DNA of 25,178 bases from an uncultured bacterium (lineage in GTDB: Bacteria > Oederibacteriota > JAAXVQ01 > JAUVAV01): NCBI GenBank assembly GCA_964454395.1, contig CAYVTN010000001.1, positions 1-25,178 on the forward strand, written 5' to 3'. This document shows positions 1-9,046 of the stretch, piece by piece (within the stretch, counting starts at the first letter, position 1; each line of letters opens with the position of its first letter). A program made the position numbers and the translations under genes. A model generated the notes under the pieces. It saw only the letters and a program-made list of their open reading frames with translations. It searched no databases and was not told the origin of the DNA.

Positions 1-589
1 CAAAAGGTTTTTTGGAACGGGGGCTTTTTTTGTGCAGCGCGCGGGCCACCAATTCCTTGCCCGTGCCGCTTTCCCCATGAATCAGGACCGTGGTATCCGA
101 GTCCGCCACTTTATCAATCATGGAATAAACACCACGCATGGCATCGCTGTTGCCGATAATGTCATATTCCACCAGCCGTTCGATTTCAGATGACAAGACT
201 TCCGTAAGTTTGGATAGATTGCGTTTTTCCAGGGCGCGGTTGATAATTGCCTTTAATTCGGCGTTATCAAAAGGCTTGGTCACGTAGTCATACGCACCAT
301 ATTTGATGGTTTTAACCGCTGCTTCCGTAGTGTTGGTGGCGGTTACCATAATGACATCAAGATAAGGTTCAGTTTCTTTAATTCTTCTGAGAACTTCCAG
401 GCCGTCCATTTCAGGCATGGTAATGTCAAGAAGCACCAAGTCAATATTGGAGTTTTTATTAACCTTGTCCAAGGCTTCCAAACCGGAAGTCACTGCGATG
501 GGATTGTATTCATCTTGGAGCATGAGGGTTAAAGCTTCGTTGACTTGCTTGTCATCATCAACAACTAAGATTGTTGGCTTCAAAATCAT
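1..589 (-). CDS. Sigma-54-dependent response regulator (NtrC/AtoC family, REC + AAA+), truncated by the left window edge
   Basis: Not in the ORF track; translated by hand from ATG at 589: MILKPTILVVDDDKQV...LVLLDITMPEMDGLEVL...GAYDYVTKPF (receiver domain), then IIGNSDAM...TVLIHGESGTGKELVARALH (Walker A of bacterial enhancer-binding proteins). The frame stays open to the edge. Confidence 0.95.
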   Translation of the reverse strand, partial: MILKPTILVVDDDKQVNEALTLMLQDEYNPIAVTSGLEALDKVNKNSNIDLVLLDITMPEMDGLEVLRRIKETEPYLDVIMVTATNTTEAAVKTIKYGAYDYVTKPFDNAELKAIINRALEKRNLSKLTEVLSSEIERLVEYDIIGNSDAMRGVYSMIDKVADSDTTVLIHGESGTGKELVARALHKKSPRSKKPF

Positions 590-614
590 CCCCCACTCTT
601 TTAAAGTTGGCGTT

Positions 615-643
615 ATTTTACCTGCTTTTTATTATGGTGTCAA
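615..643 (-). promoter_or_regulatory. Sigma-70-type promoter for the NtrC-family gene
   Basis: On the minus strand: TTGACA (643-638), exactly 17 nt spacer, TAAAAT (620-615), 26 nt upstream of the ATG, with a G-rich RBS (GAGTGGGGG) next to the start. Confidence 0.75.
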
Positions 644-862
644 GGAATATTCCGACTTTTTATGTGCACTATGCACAATTAATTGTATATAAAATATTTT
701 TTATATTGGTTTTATTGACGTTATAAGAAATTTATAAGCATATACTTGATACTGGAATGCATAATTTTCATTGCAAACTATGGAATCCATTCCGTATATC
801 ATATCCGTTTTTCTTGCAAAAATCTATAACTTTATCCGCAGCAAGTTGTGGAGCATTAATGG

Positions 863-1088
863 CCCCCTCACCTTAATCCTCTCCCCCAATGTTTGTTGGG
901 GGGGAGGCAGGGTGAGGGGGAAAAGCCTTTGATTTTAAAGATAATCCCTCACCTCCATCCTCCCTGTGCCCGGAACGGGTATCCGACTTCGCTGGACTAT
1001 AGTCCCAAGAGGAGAGGACTATTTTATTGAGATCCTCAACTTTAGCAAAGTTGAGTAAGATCAAAAAAACCCTTTCCGCAACAGAAAC
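863..1088. repeat. Mosaic extragenic palindromic element, copy A
   Basis: Hairpin CCCCCTCACC(863-872)/GGTGAGGGGG(911-920) with a 12-bp inner stem. Core 954-1034 is repeated at 6677-6756. Palindrome at 1035-1055. The right end CTTTCCGCAACAGAA (1072-1086) is the exact reverse complement of 6615-6629. Confidence 0.85.
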
Positions 1089-1099
1089 TAATTAATGAA

Positions 1100-1834
1100 C
1101 TATTTATCCCACAGTGTAAGCCCTCGCGCCAGGGTAACAGCGAAAACCTGTTCAGCCCCGGCTTTTTTCAAGGCCCGGCTGCATTCATTAAGCGTGGCTC
1201 CGGTGGTAAGCACATCATCCAGTAAAATAACATTGCGATGCTTGACAGCACTATTGGCTTCCATGCTATGGCGCATATTTTTCAACCTATGTTTCCGTGT
1301 CAGGTGATGCTGCTGCTGTGTGGGGCGGACATATTTCAGGGCATTTTTAAAGTAGTCCAGCTGAGATTGCCGAGCGGTTTTCCCCGCTATTGTGGCCAAG
1401 GCATGCGGCTCATGACCAGACCGGGCCGGCACATTGATCATCATTGACTCCGGCAAAGGCTTGATTTGTTTTCTGATTATTTTACCAAGCCTGTGGGCCA
1501 ACTGAGTCATCACATAAATATCAGGTTGTTGTTTTAGCACAAGGACAAGTTCTTTCCAAGCGCCTGTATATGGCCCCAGGCAAAAGACTTTATCAAAATG
1601 GAAGTTCAATTTTTGACAGTAGCGGCAGCCGTCTATTGAATATGGAACGGTCATCGGCAGCAGCCGCCCGCATTTAAGACAACGGGGGCGTTTATTTAAC
1701 GAGGGAAAACAGCGGGAACAAATCAGAGGCAATGCACTCCGGTTGGCCGGACGGTGACAAGCAGGGCAATCGGGCGGGCTTAGGAGAGATTTAAAATGGG
1801 CCAGCCATTGCAGCGGTTGGGGTAATGGTTTCAT
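1100..1834 (-). CDS. comF: ComF-family protein (double zinc ribbon + phosphoribosyltransferase-like domain)
   Basis: Four CxxC motifs (CPAC, CSRC, CLKC, CRYC) and the C-terminal PRT motif VILLDDVLTTGATLNECSRALKKAGAEQV. RBS AAGGAG lies upstream of the ATG. Confidence 0.85.
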   Translation of the reverse strand: MKPLPQPLQWLAHFKSLLSPPDCPACHRPANRSALPLICSRCFPSLNKRPRCLKCGRLLPMTVPYSIDGCRYCQKLNFHFDKVFCLGPYTGAWKELVLVLKQQPDIYVMTQLAHRLGKIIRKQIKPLPESMMINVPARSGHEPHALATIAGKTARQSQLDYFKNALKYVRPTQQQHHLTRKHRLKNMRHSMEANSAVKHRNVILLDDVLTTGATLNECSRALKKAGAEQVFAVTLARGLTLWDK

Positions 1835-1970
1835 TGCAGGCTCCTTGCAGGTTTAATGATTAGACCGCAAGAAACCCAATTCCTTTTCCTTAAATTATGA
1901 TTTTTTTATATATTGACGGTTCCACGCCTGCCTGTTTCAACAATCTTAGCGCCGGACCTTATTATTTCCA

Positions 1971-4148
1971 TTAAAATTTCAGCGTATAGGACGCATTGAC
2001 GCGATAAATGGGTTCGGACTTCAGATAATCGTCTCTAAAGGTATCGTAGGATACCGGATCATTAAACAGATTATAAATCACCCCTACCACACTTAGTGCC
2101 TTATAGGTGCATCCCACGCTCAAATCACATTGCCTGATCCATTTGGCTTTGACTTCATTAAGACCAACGGTCATGGGTGTGCGGCTGAAATTAGTGTAAA
2201 AATTCATAAACAGCAGATCCTGATAATGTAATTCCAGAATGCCATTGCCCACATCGGCCACGCCCTGGGCCCAGGCGGGATGCTCCGGCTGCTTTCGGGC
2301 GTATAAATTGATCCGGCTGTAGTTTAATTTAACCCGCACATAGTCATTAGGCGCCACGCTGGTTTCCAATTCCAGTCCATGGCCAATGCGGCTGTTGGAG
2401 TTATCCCAAGATACCAAGGAAGGTGCGGCGTTTAATTGAGCGGCATAAAACAACCCCGGCGCGGGAGGCAATAAAGAACTAATCAGGCTGAGATCAGGAC
2501 TGTATACATACAAAGATCCATAGGTGTAGGCAAATTGGATTTCGTTGTGCGTTTCCCAGTAAAAATAACCGGCCTTGGCTTGGAACCATTTACCCAGTTC
2601 ATATTCCACGCTGGCTTCACTTTGCTGAATGCTCTCGGGTTTCAAATCCGGATTGCCTGTCCCTTTATAAAAGCCATAATCGGTTTGGGTATATCTCTCC
2701 AGAATCACCGGCGAACGGAAAGCACTGCCGTAGAGCCCTTTTATCCGCAATCCCTTGACCGGTTGGTAGATCAAACTTTCCCGGGGGCTGAGGTTGCTGC
2801 CATAATCCTGGTTATAATCATAGCGCAGTCCGCTTAAAAGAATCAGTTCTTCTCCAAAATGGTATTCATCCTGAACAAAAGCAGCGTAATTGTTATCCGC
2901 GACCTCATCGGTCACATAATAATCCTGGTTGGACCAATCGAATTTCACATTAAGCCCGGCCAAAAGATAGTTATTTTGCGGCCAGGAAAGGTTATATTGG
3001 AGTTCGGTCATAAATTCGTTCATCTGCCCTTGGCCTAAATCCGTTACATCCAAACCGCTGCCGCTCACGATTCTGAGGAAATCATTGAGGCCGATGTAAT
3101 AATTGCCTATGGCCTCGGAAATTAGTTCCATCTGGCCTTGATCAGTAATGATAATGCCCGGCGTAGGGTCCGGAAAATCACTGATACTGTTAATTTTTTT
3201 ACGGTCAAGGTTCCACAACTCCGTCTGAACCGCTTTATTCAAATTGTAATTATCGGTGAGATGTAATTGTAATTTGGACAACTCATTCAATCCCAAGGTA
3301 TAAGTACTGTCCAAATAGATCATTTCCAATTTCTCTACGTTTCTGGGCGTGGGCGTGTAGGCGGAGCCCGGCCATGGGTCATTGGAACGATGGTAGCCGG
3401 CCCGCAGGGTCCAAATATCCTTAAGATTAAGGCTGAAACTGGCCTCGTCCCCGTCATACAAGTCATTGGGATGGTGGCCATTTAAAGTGTCAACGCCCAA
3501 TTGCCGCCAATAACTGGCCGACACTTTGTAATCCAGGTCATTCTGCTTGGTACCGTAGGTCAGGCTGTATTTTTGCGACGCTTCGAAATCACCGGGTTTG
3601 TTGTCTACACTCACCTCTGTTTTCAGCCCTCCAATTTCAGCGCCGGTTTTGGTGATAATGCTGATGACGCCCGCATAAGCATTGGCGCCGTATAGCGATG
3701 ATCCCGGACCTTTGATCACCTCGATCTGTTTGACATTAGCCAGGTTGGTGCCAAACTGGCCGTCATAATTGCCCCAATCCAGGCAATTAACTTTCCTGCC
3801 GTCCACCAAAACCAGGATCTTGTTATTATAGGACGCTTGCATGCCCCGGAATCGCATGGTATTAAAAACGCTGTCATTGGCAAAGCTGACGCCGGTCATA
3901 TTGGCCAGGGCTTCGTAAATGGTCAAAGCGCCGCGCTCCCTGATTTCCTTTTCCGTGATAATGGTCACCGACCCCGGCACTTCCGAAAGCTTTTGCAGGC
4001 GCTTGGTGGCGGACATGACCATGATGTCGTCGCTGAACAGCATGAGTTCCGTCACTTGGCCTAAATTATCCATAGCTTTTACAGGCACAATTGCGCCGGC
4101 AACCCAAATCATTACCATAACTATGGCCAGTGCGGTTTTGCTGATCAT
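1971..4148 (-). CDS. TonB-dependent receptor, paralog 1
   Basis: Signal peptide (…VPVKA), TonB-box-like DIMVMSA, plug motifs PGSVTIITEKEI and QIEVIKGPGSSLYGANAYAGVISIIT, barrel motifs GLRYDY and GNPDLKPE, C-terminal Phe. RBS GGGAGG. Confidence 0.92.
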   Translation of the reverse strand: MISKTALAIVMVMIWVAGAIVPVKAMDNLGQVTELMLFSDDIMVMSATKRLQKLSEVPGSVTIITEKEIRERGALTIYEALANMTGVSFANDSVFNTMRFRGMQASYNNKILVLVDGRKVNCLDWGNYDGQFGTNLANVKQIEVIKGPGSSLYGANAYAGVISIITKTGAEIGGLKTEVSVDNKPGDFEASQKYSLTYGTKQNDLDYKVSASYWRQLGVDTLNGHHPNDLYDGDEASFSLNLKDIWTLRAGYHRSNDPWPGSAYTPTPRNVEKLEMIYLDSTYTLGLNELSKLQLHLTDNYNLNKAVQTELWNLDRKKINSISDFPDPTPGIIITDQGQMELISEAIGNYYIGLNDFLRIVSGSGLDVTDLGQGQMNEFMTELQYNLSWPQNNYLLAGLNVKFDWSNQDYYVTDEVADNNYAAFVQDEYHFGEELILLSGLRYDYNQDYGSNLSPRESLIYQPVKGLRIKGLYGSAFRSPVILERYTQTDYGFYKGTGNPDLKPESIQQSEASVEYELGKWFQAKAGYFYWETHNEIQFAYTYGSLYVYSPDLSLISSLLPPAPGLFYAAQLNAAPSLVSWDNSNSRIGHGLELETSVAPNDYVRVKLNYSRINLYARKQPEHPAWAQGVADVGNGILELHYQDLLFMNFYTNFSRTPMTVGLNEVKAKWIRQCDLSVGCTYKALSVVGVIYNLFNDPVSYDTFRDDYLKSEPIYRVNASYTLKF

Positions 4149-4175
4149 GTATTTATCCTCCCATTTTAAATTTCA

Positions 4176-6401
4176 TTAAAATTTCCATGTATATCCCAAA
4201 TTCACCCGGTAAAGGGTCTGGCCCTTCAGGTAATCATCTATGGCGCCGTTATAGGCTATCGGATTTTCAAAAACATTATACGCCGCGGCCACAAAGCTAA
4301 ATTGATCAATATTAAAGCCCAGGCTGACGTCGTATTGCGGCAACCATTTGGAAGCCCTGTAAACTTCGCTAACTATATTACCATCCTTATTGATCTTTGT
4401 CGGGCTGGCGGCCACGTGGGCATAGAAATTAAGAAAAACCATATCTCTATAATGCAATTCCAGCACCGCGTTGGCAATGTTGGCCACGCCTTGATCCCAG
4501 GAAGGATGAACCGGTTCCTTCCGGGCATAGAGGTTGATGCGGCTGTAATTCAGCTTGACCCGGGTATAATCGGTGGGCGCAATGTTGGTTTCCAATTCAA
4601 ATCCGTGGCCAATGCGGCTGTTGGAATTGTCCCAGCTTACAAAGGCAGGCGCCACATTCAACGCTTGCAGATAGAGAAATCCGGGCGTGGACGGCTGCAT
4701 GGGATCAAGTAAGCTGAAGTCAGGCACATAGGCATAAAGGTTTCCAAAGGTATAGGCGAATTGGATTTCATTCTGGGTTTCCCAGTAAAAATAATCGGCC
4801 TTGGCCTGAAACCATTTGCCGATTTCATATTCCACGCTGGCCTCGCTCTGCTGGATGCTTTCCGGCTTAAGGTCCATATTGCCTTGGACCTCATAAAAGC
4901 CGTAATCCATCAAGGCATAGCGTTCAAAAATAACCGGCGAACGGAAGGCGCTGCCGTAAAGGGCTTTGAAACGCAATCCTTTAAGGGGTTCATAGATCAA
5001 ACTTTCCCTGGGACTGAGGTTGCTGCCGTAATCGAGATTGTAGTCGTAGCGCAGGCCGCTCAAGAGGATCAGTTGATCCCCCAAGTGATATTCGTCCTGC
5101 AAAAAAACGGCATAGTTGTTGTCCGTCACCTGGGCCTGATTATAATAATCAATGTTGGACCATCCCAAGTCCACATTCACGCCGGCCAGGAGGTAGTTGT
5201 TTTGCGGCCACGACAGGTCGTATTGCGCCTCGGCGATTAAATCATTCGTCTGACCCCGGCCCAAATCCACCACATCCAGGGCGCCACCGGTAGCGATTTT
5301 AAGAAAATCATTAAAGTCTATGTAATATTCACCCACGGTATTGTTAATGTCGAAGTCCATATTGCCCTGCTCATCTACAATAACCCACGGCGTCGGTGTG
5401 GGCAGGTCGCTCGAGCTGTTGATCTTTCTTCGGGTGATATCCCAATATTCACTGCGCAGGGTCCTGGTCAGGTTATAATTGTCGGTAAGATGGAATTTAA
5501 GATTGGACAGCTCGTTGAGGGTCAGCTTGTACGTGCTGTCCAGGTAGATGGACTCCAATTCTTCCGTATTTCTCGGGGTCGGCGTCCATTCCGAACCGCT
5601 CCAGGGATTGCTGTTTTTTTGATAGCCGCCCTTCAAGGTCCATTGGTCTTTCCATTTCAGGCTGAAGTCCGCCGAATCCCCGGTATACAGGCTGTTGGGA
5701 TCAGTGCCGTTGTAAGGATCAATGCCCAATTCCCTCCAGTAGCCGGCCGAGACTTTATAATCCCAGTCTCCGGTTTTATGGCCGTAAGTCATGGTATATT
5801 TCTGCGAAACTTCAAAGTCACCGGCTTTGTTGCCCACGCTGACTTCGGTGGCCAGCCCGCCAATCTCCGCACCGTCCTTGGTCACGATATTGATCACCCC
5901 GGCATAGGCATTGGCGCCATAAAGCGATGAGCCAGGACCTTTAATGACTTCGATTTGTTTGACATCGGTCAGGTTAGTGCCGAATTGGCCGTCATAATTG
6001 CCCCAATCCATGTTATTCACTTTACGGCCATCCACCAGGACCAGGATTTTATTGTTGTAGGAAGCCTGCATGTCGCGGAAGCGCATGGTATTGAACAGGC
6101 CTTCATTGTTAAAACAAACACCGGTAATATTGATCAGGGCATCATAAATGGTGAGCGCTCCGTATTCCTTGATTTCCTTTTCCGTAACAATGGTCACCGA
6201 CCCGGGCACTTCCGAAAGCTTTTGCAGGCGTTTGGTGGCGGACATGACCAAGATGTCGTCACTGAACAGCATGAGTTCCGTCACCTGGCCAAGGTTGTCT
6301 CCTGCTTTGGCCAAGCCGATCAGACTGTTTGACAAAATCACCATCATGGTAAAACAGAGAATAAGTTTTGCTGGAGTTCGCACGGCCAACCTCCCTCTCA
6401 T
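4176..6401 (-). CDS. TonB-dependent receptor, paralog 2 (alternative start GTG at 6383)
   Basis: Same plug and barrel motifs as paralog 1 and a C-terminal Phe. GGGAGG lies 6 nt before the in-frame GTG at 6383, which may be the true start. The gap to paralog 1 is 27 nt. Confidence 0.92.
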   Translation of the reverse strand: MRGRLAVRTPAKLILCFTMMVILSNSLIGLAKAGDNLGQVTELMLFSDDILVMSATKRLQKLSEVPGSVTIVTEKEIKEYGALTIYDALINITGVCFNNEGLFNTMRFRDMQASYNNKILVLVDGRKVNNMDWGNYDGQFGTNLTDVKQIEVIKGPGSSLYGANAYAGVINIVTKDGAEIGGLATEVSVGNKAGDFEVSQKYTMTYGHKTGDWDYKVSAGYWRELGIDPYNGTDPNSLYTGDSADFSLKWKDQWTLKGGYQKNSNPWSGSEWTPTPRNTEELESIYLDSTYKLTLNELSNLKFHLTDNYNLTRTLRSEYWDITRRKINSSSDLPTPTPWVIVDEQGNMDFDINNTVGEYYIDFNDFLKIATGGALDVVDLGRGQTNDLIAEAQYDLSWPQNNYLLAGVNVDLGWSNIDYYNQAQVTDNNYAVFLQDEYHLGDQLILLSGLRYDYNLDYGSNLSPRESLIYEPLKGLRFKALYGSAFRSPVIFERYALMDYGFYEVQGNMDLKPESIQQSEASVEYEIGKWFQAKADYFYWETQNEIQFAYTFGNLYAYVPDFSLLDPMQPSTPGFLYLQALNVAPAFVSWDNSNSRIGHGFELETNIAPTDYTRVKLNYSRINLYARKEPVHPSWDQGVANIANAVLELHYRDMVFLNFYAHVAASPTKINKDGNIVSEVYRASKWLPQYDVSLGFNIDQFSFVAAAYNVFENPIAYNGAIDDYLKGQTLYRVNLGYTWKF

Positions 6402-6479
6402 CAGTCTTTAACCTGTCAATAGTTTCGGCATGCTGATTATAAGCTTAACGGGAAATTAACCGGACGGTCTTCTGTTTGA

Positions 6480-6509
6480 CTCAACTTTAGCAAAGTTGCC
6501 AAAGTTGAA
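6480..6509. repeat. REP-like palindrome CTCAACTTT-AGC-AAAGTTG, second copy with a duplicated right arm
   Basis: 6480-6498 is identical over 19 nt to 1035-1053, and is followed by CCAAAGTTGAA. Confidence 0.8.
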
Positions 6510-6614
6510 TTTTTGATTTTTTCAGCATCACAACAACATGATTTTTGCGCTGTTCCGATTGAAAAGGCTGTGAAATCTTAATTTTACATACATTTTTTTC
6601 GCTGTGTAAATAGC

Positions 6615-6781
6615 TTCTGTTGCGGAAAGAACAATTTCTCTATCTCCTCTCCCCCCATGTTTGTTGGGGGATCACATCCATCCTCTCTGTGCCCGGAACG
6701 GGCATCCGACTTCGCCGGACTATGGTCCCAAGATGAGAAGAATATTTATTAAGATCAAAAAAATCTTTACGCAATAGAAAC
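6615..6781. repeat. Small element bounded by inverted repeats (MITE-like), copy B
   Basis: Left end TTCTGTTGCGGAAAGA (6615-6630) matches the reverse complement of the right end 6764-6779 at 14/16. The interior is homologous to 877-902 and 954-1088. It starts about 10 nt downstream of the paralog 3 stop codon. Confidence 0.8.
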
Positions 6782-6790
6782 CGGACAGGT

Positions 6791-8986
6791 TTAAAAACCC
6801 AACGTATAGGAAGCATTGATGCGGCAAAGCGGCTTACCCCGCAGGTAATCCCCATTTTTTTCATTGTAGTCCAAGGGGTTGTTAAAAATATCAAGCGCGG
6901 CCACCACCACGCTGAGTCCGCCGATTTTACATCCCAGGCTAACATCGTATTGCTGCGTCCATTTGGATTCAATCTTTTTGCCTTTTATGTCCAAAAAATC
7001 ATCGCCATAAGCCACAGGCACGCGGGCCGTATGGGCATAAAAATTGAGAAATAGCAGATCCTGATAGTGCAGTCCCAACACCGCATTGGCAATGTCACTT
7101 ACGCCTTCAGCCCATTCGGGTGCCACCGGTTTTTTACGGCCATACAGATTAACCCGGCTGTAATTTAATTGGATCCGGGTGAACTCCGTAGGCGCTATGG
7201 TTATTTCCAGTTCCAGGCCATGTCCAATACGGCTGTTGGAATTGTCCCAGCTCACAAAGGCAGGTGCGATATTCAATTGATCAGTATAAAACAATCCGGG
7301 AGCAGCGGGCATCAAGGGGCTGATCAGGCTCAAATCCGGCGAATAAACGTAAAGCGATCCCAGGGTATAGGCAAACTGAATTTCATTGGCTGTTTCCCAG
7401 TAAAAATAGGCGGCTTTGGCACGAAGCCATTTGCCTGACTCATATTCCACGCTGGCTTCGCTTTGCTGCACGCTTTCCGGCTTGAGGTCGGGATTGCCGT
7501 TGGCCTCATAAAAGCCGTAATTGGTCTTGGTGTAACGTTCCAGGAAAACCGGGGCTCTAAAGGCGCTGCCGTAAAGGGCTTTAAAGCGAAGTCCCTTGAA
7601 GGGTTCATAGATCAGGCTCTCCCTGGGACTGAGGTCGCTGCCGTAATCCTGGTTGTAGTCATAACGGAGGCCGCTGAGCATGATCAAGCGGTCCGCCAGA
7701 TGGTATTCATCCTGAAGGTACACGGCATAATTTTGATCGGTCACTTGACCGCCCAAAATATAATTTTGATCAACCCAGTTATAGTTGAAATTGATGCCTG
7801 CCAACAGATAATTGTTCTGAGGCCAAGCCAGGTCATACTGAAGCTCCAGCACGAGCTCGTTGAGACGCCCTTTGCCCAGATCGACTACTTCAAGCGCACT
7901 GCCGCTGGTAACACGCAATAAATCATCGACGCCGATATAGTATTGTCCCAGCGCGTTGTCCGGGAGTTCTATCTGCCCTTGGTCCGTGAAAATCATCGAT
8001 GGCGTCAGCGAGGGAAAATCGGCAATGCTGTTTATTTTTTTTCGATGCAGATCCCAAGTTTCGGTTTCCACCATCCGATCGGCGTAATAATTGTCGGTCA
8101 AATGCACCTTAAGACTGGAGAGATCATTAAGTTCCAGTTTGTAGGTGCCGTCCAAATAGAGCATGTCCTGCTTTTCATGGTTGCGTGGTGTAGGCGTGAA
8201 GGTCGAGCCATCCCAGGGGGTGGTGGAGTCAAGATAGCCGCCCTGTACCATCCAATCGTCCTTGAACTTGAGCTTAAAATTGGCGTCCGCCCCGGTATAC
8301 AGATCATTGGGATGGTCCACATTGACCGGATCAACGCCCAGGGCGCGCCAATAACCGGCGGTCACCTTGTAATCAAGAGTGCCTTTTTTACCGCCATAGG
8401 CAAGATTGTATTTTTGGGAAATTTCAAAATCGCCCGGTTTATTGGCGAGGCTGATGTCGGTTTTTACCCCTCCAATATCAGCACCATCCTTGGTGACAAT
8501 ATTGATGACACCGGCGTAGGCATTGGCCCCATACAAGGAAGACCCCGGGCCTTTAATGACTTCGATCTGTTTAACGTTGCTTAAATCCGTCCCGTATTTC
8601 CCATCATAATTGCCAATGTCCATGGTGTTGATCTTCCGGCCGTCCACCAAAACCAGGATTTTGTTATTATAAGCTGATTGCATTCCCCGGAAGCGGAGCG
8701 AATCGAACAAGCCCTCATTGATAATGACCACATCGGTCATATTGCGCAGGGCTTCATAGATCGTCAAAGCCCCGCTCTCCTTGATCTCTTTTCCCGTGAT
8801 AATGGTCACGGACCCCGGCACTTCCGAGAGCTTTTGCAGGCGCTTGGTGGCGGACATGACCATGACCTCGTCGCTGAAGAGCATCAGTTCCGTGACAGGA
8901 CTTAAATTATCCATCGCCATAAGGATGGGACTGCACCAAGCGGTCATCACCATAGCCATCAGACCCATGGTAAGATATTTTTTCAT
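6791..8986 (-). CDS. TonB-dependent receptor, paralog 3 (start revised from 9037 to 8986)
   Basis: Strong RBS AAGGAGGGGG before ATG 8986 (MKKYLTMGLMAMVMTAWCSPILMA signal peptide). Same plug and barrel motifs, C-terminal Phe. Confidence 0.92.
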   Translation of the reverse strand: MKKYLTMGLMAMVMTAWCSPILMAMDNLSPVTELMLFSDEVMVMSATKRLQKLSEVPGSVTIITGKEIKESGALTIYEALRNMTDVVIINEGLFDSLRFRGMQSAYNNKILVLVDGRKINTMDIGNYDGKYGTDLSNVKQIEVIKGPGSSLYGANAYAGVINIVTKDGADIGGVKTDISLANKPGDFEISQKYNLAYGGKKGTLDYKVTAGYWRALGVDPVNVDHPNDLYTGADANFKLKFKDDWMVQGGYLDSTTPWDGSTFTPTPRNHEKQDMLYLDGTYKLELNDLSSLKVHLTDNYYADRMVETETWDLHRKKINSIADFPSLTPSMIFTDQGQIELPDNALGQYYIGVDDLLRVTSGSALEVVDLGKGRLNELVLELQYDLAWPQNNYLLAGINFNYNWVDQNYILGGQVTDQNYAVYLQDEYHLADRLIMLSGLRYDYNQDYGSDLSPRESLIYEPFKGLRFKALYGSAFRAPVFLERYTKTNYGFYEANGNPDLKPESVQQSEASVEYESGKWLRAKAAYFYWETANEIQFAYTLGSLYVYSPDLSLISPLMPAAPGLFYTDQLNIAPAFVSWDNSNSRIGHGLELEITIAPTEFTRIQLNYSRVNLYGRKKPVAPEWAEGVSDIANAVLGLHYQDLLFLNFYAHTARVPVAYGDDFLDIKGKKIESKWTQQYDVSLGCKIGGLSVVVAALDIFNNPLDYNEKNGDYLRGKPLCRINASYTLGF

Positions 8987-9046
8987 TTCCCCCTCCTTAG
9001 TATCGTCGCCCCCCTGAGAAACGCTAATAATCCTCACGCTAATAGT

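Noticed and set aside
607-624. Possible sigma-54 promoter TTGGC…TGC
   Set aside because: The GG-to-GC spacing is 13 nt rather than the required 10, and it points away from any nearby gene start.
417-692. 91-aa + strand ORF
   Set aside because: It is antisense to the NtrC-family gene and its promoter, and has no recognisable motif.
873-1064. 63-aa ORF, and the 6640-6972 ORF
   Set aside because: Both run through palindromic repeats (the second also overlaps the paralog 3 3' end out of frame), and neither has protein-like features.
863-6781. CRISPR array or tRNA/rRNA interpretation of the repeats
   Set aside because: There are no regularly spaced direct repeats with unique spacers, no cas genes, and no tRNA cloverleaf with T/D-loop consensus seen anywhere in the window.
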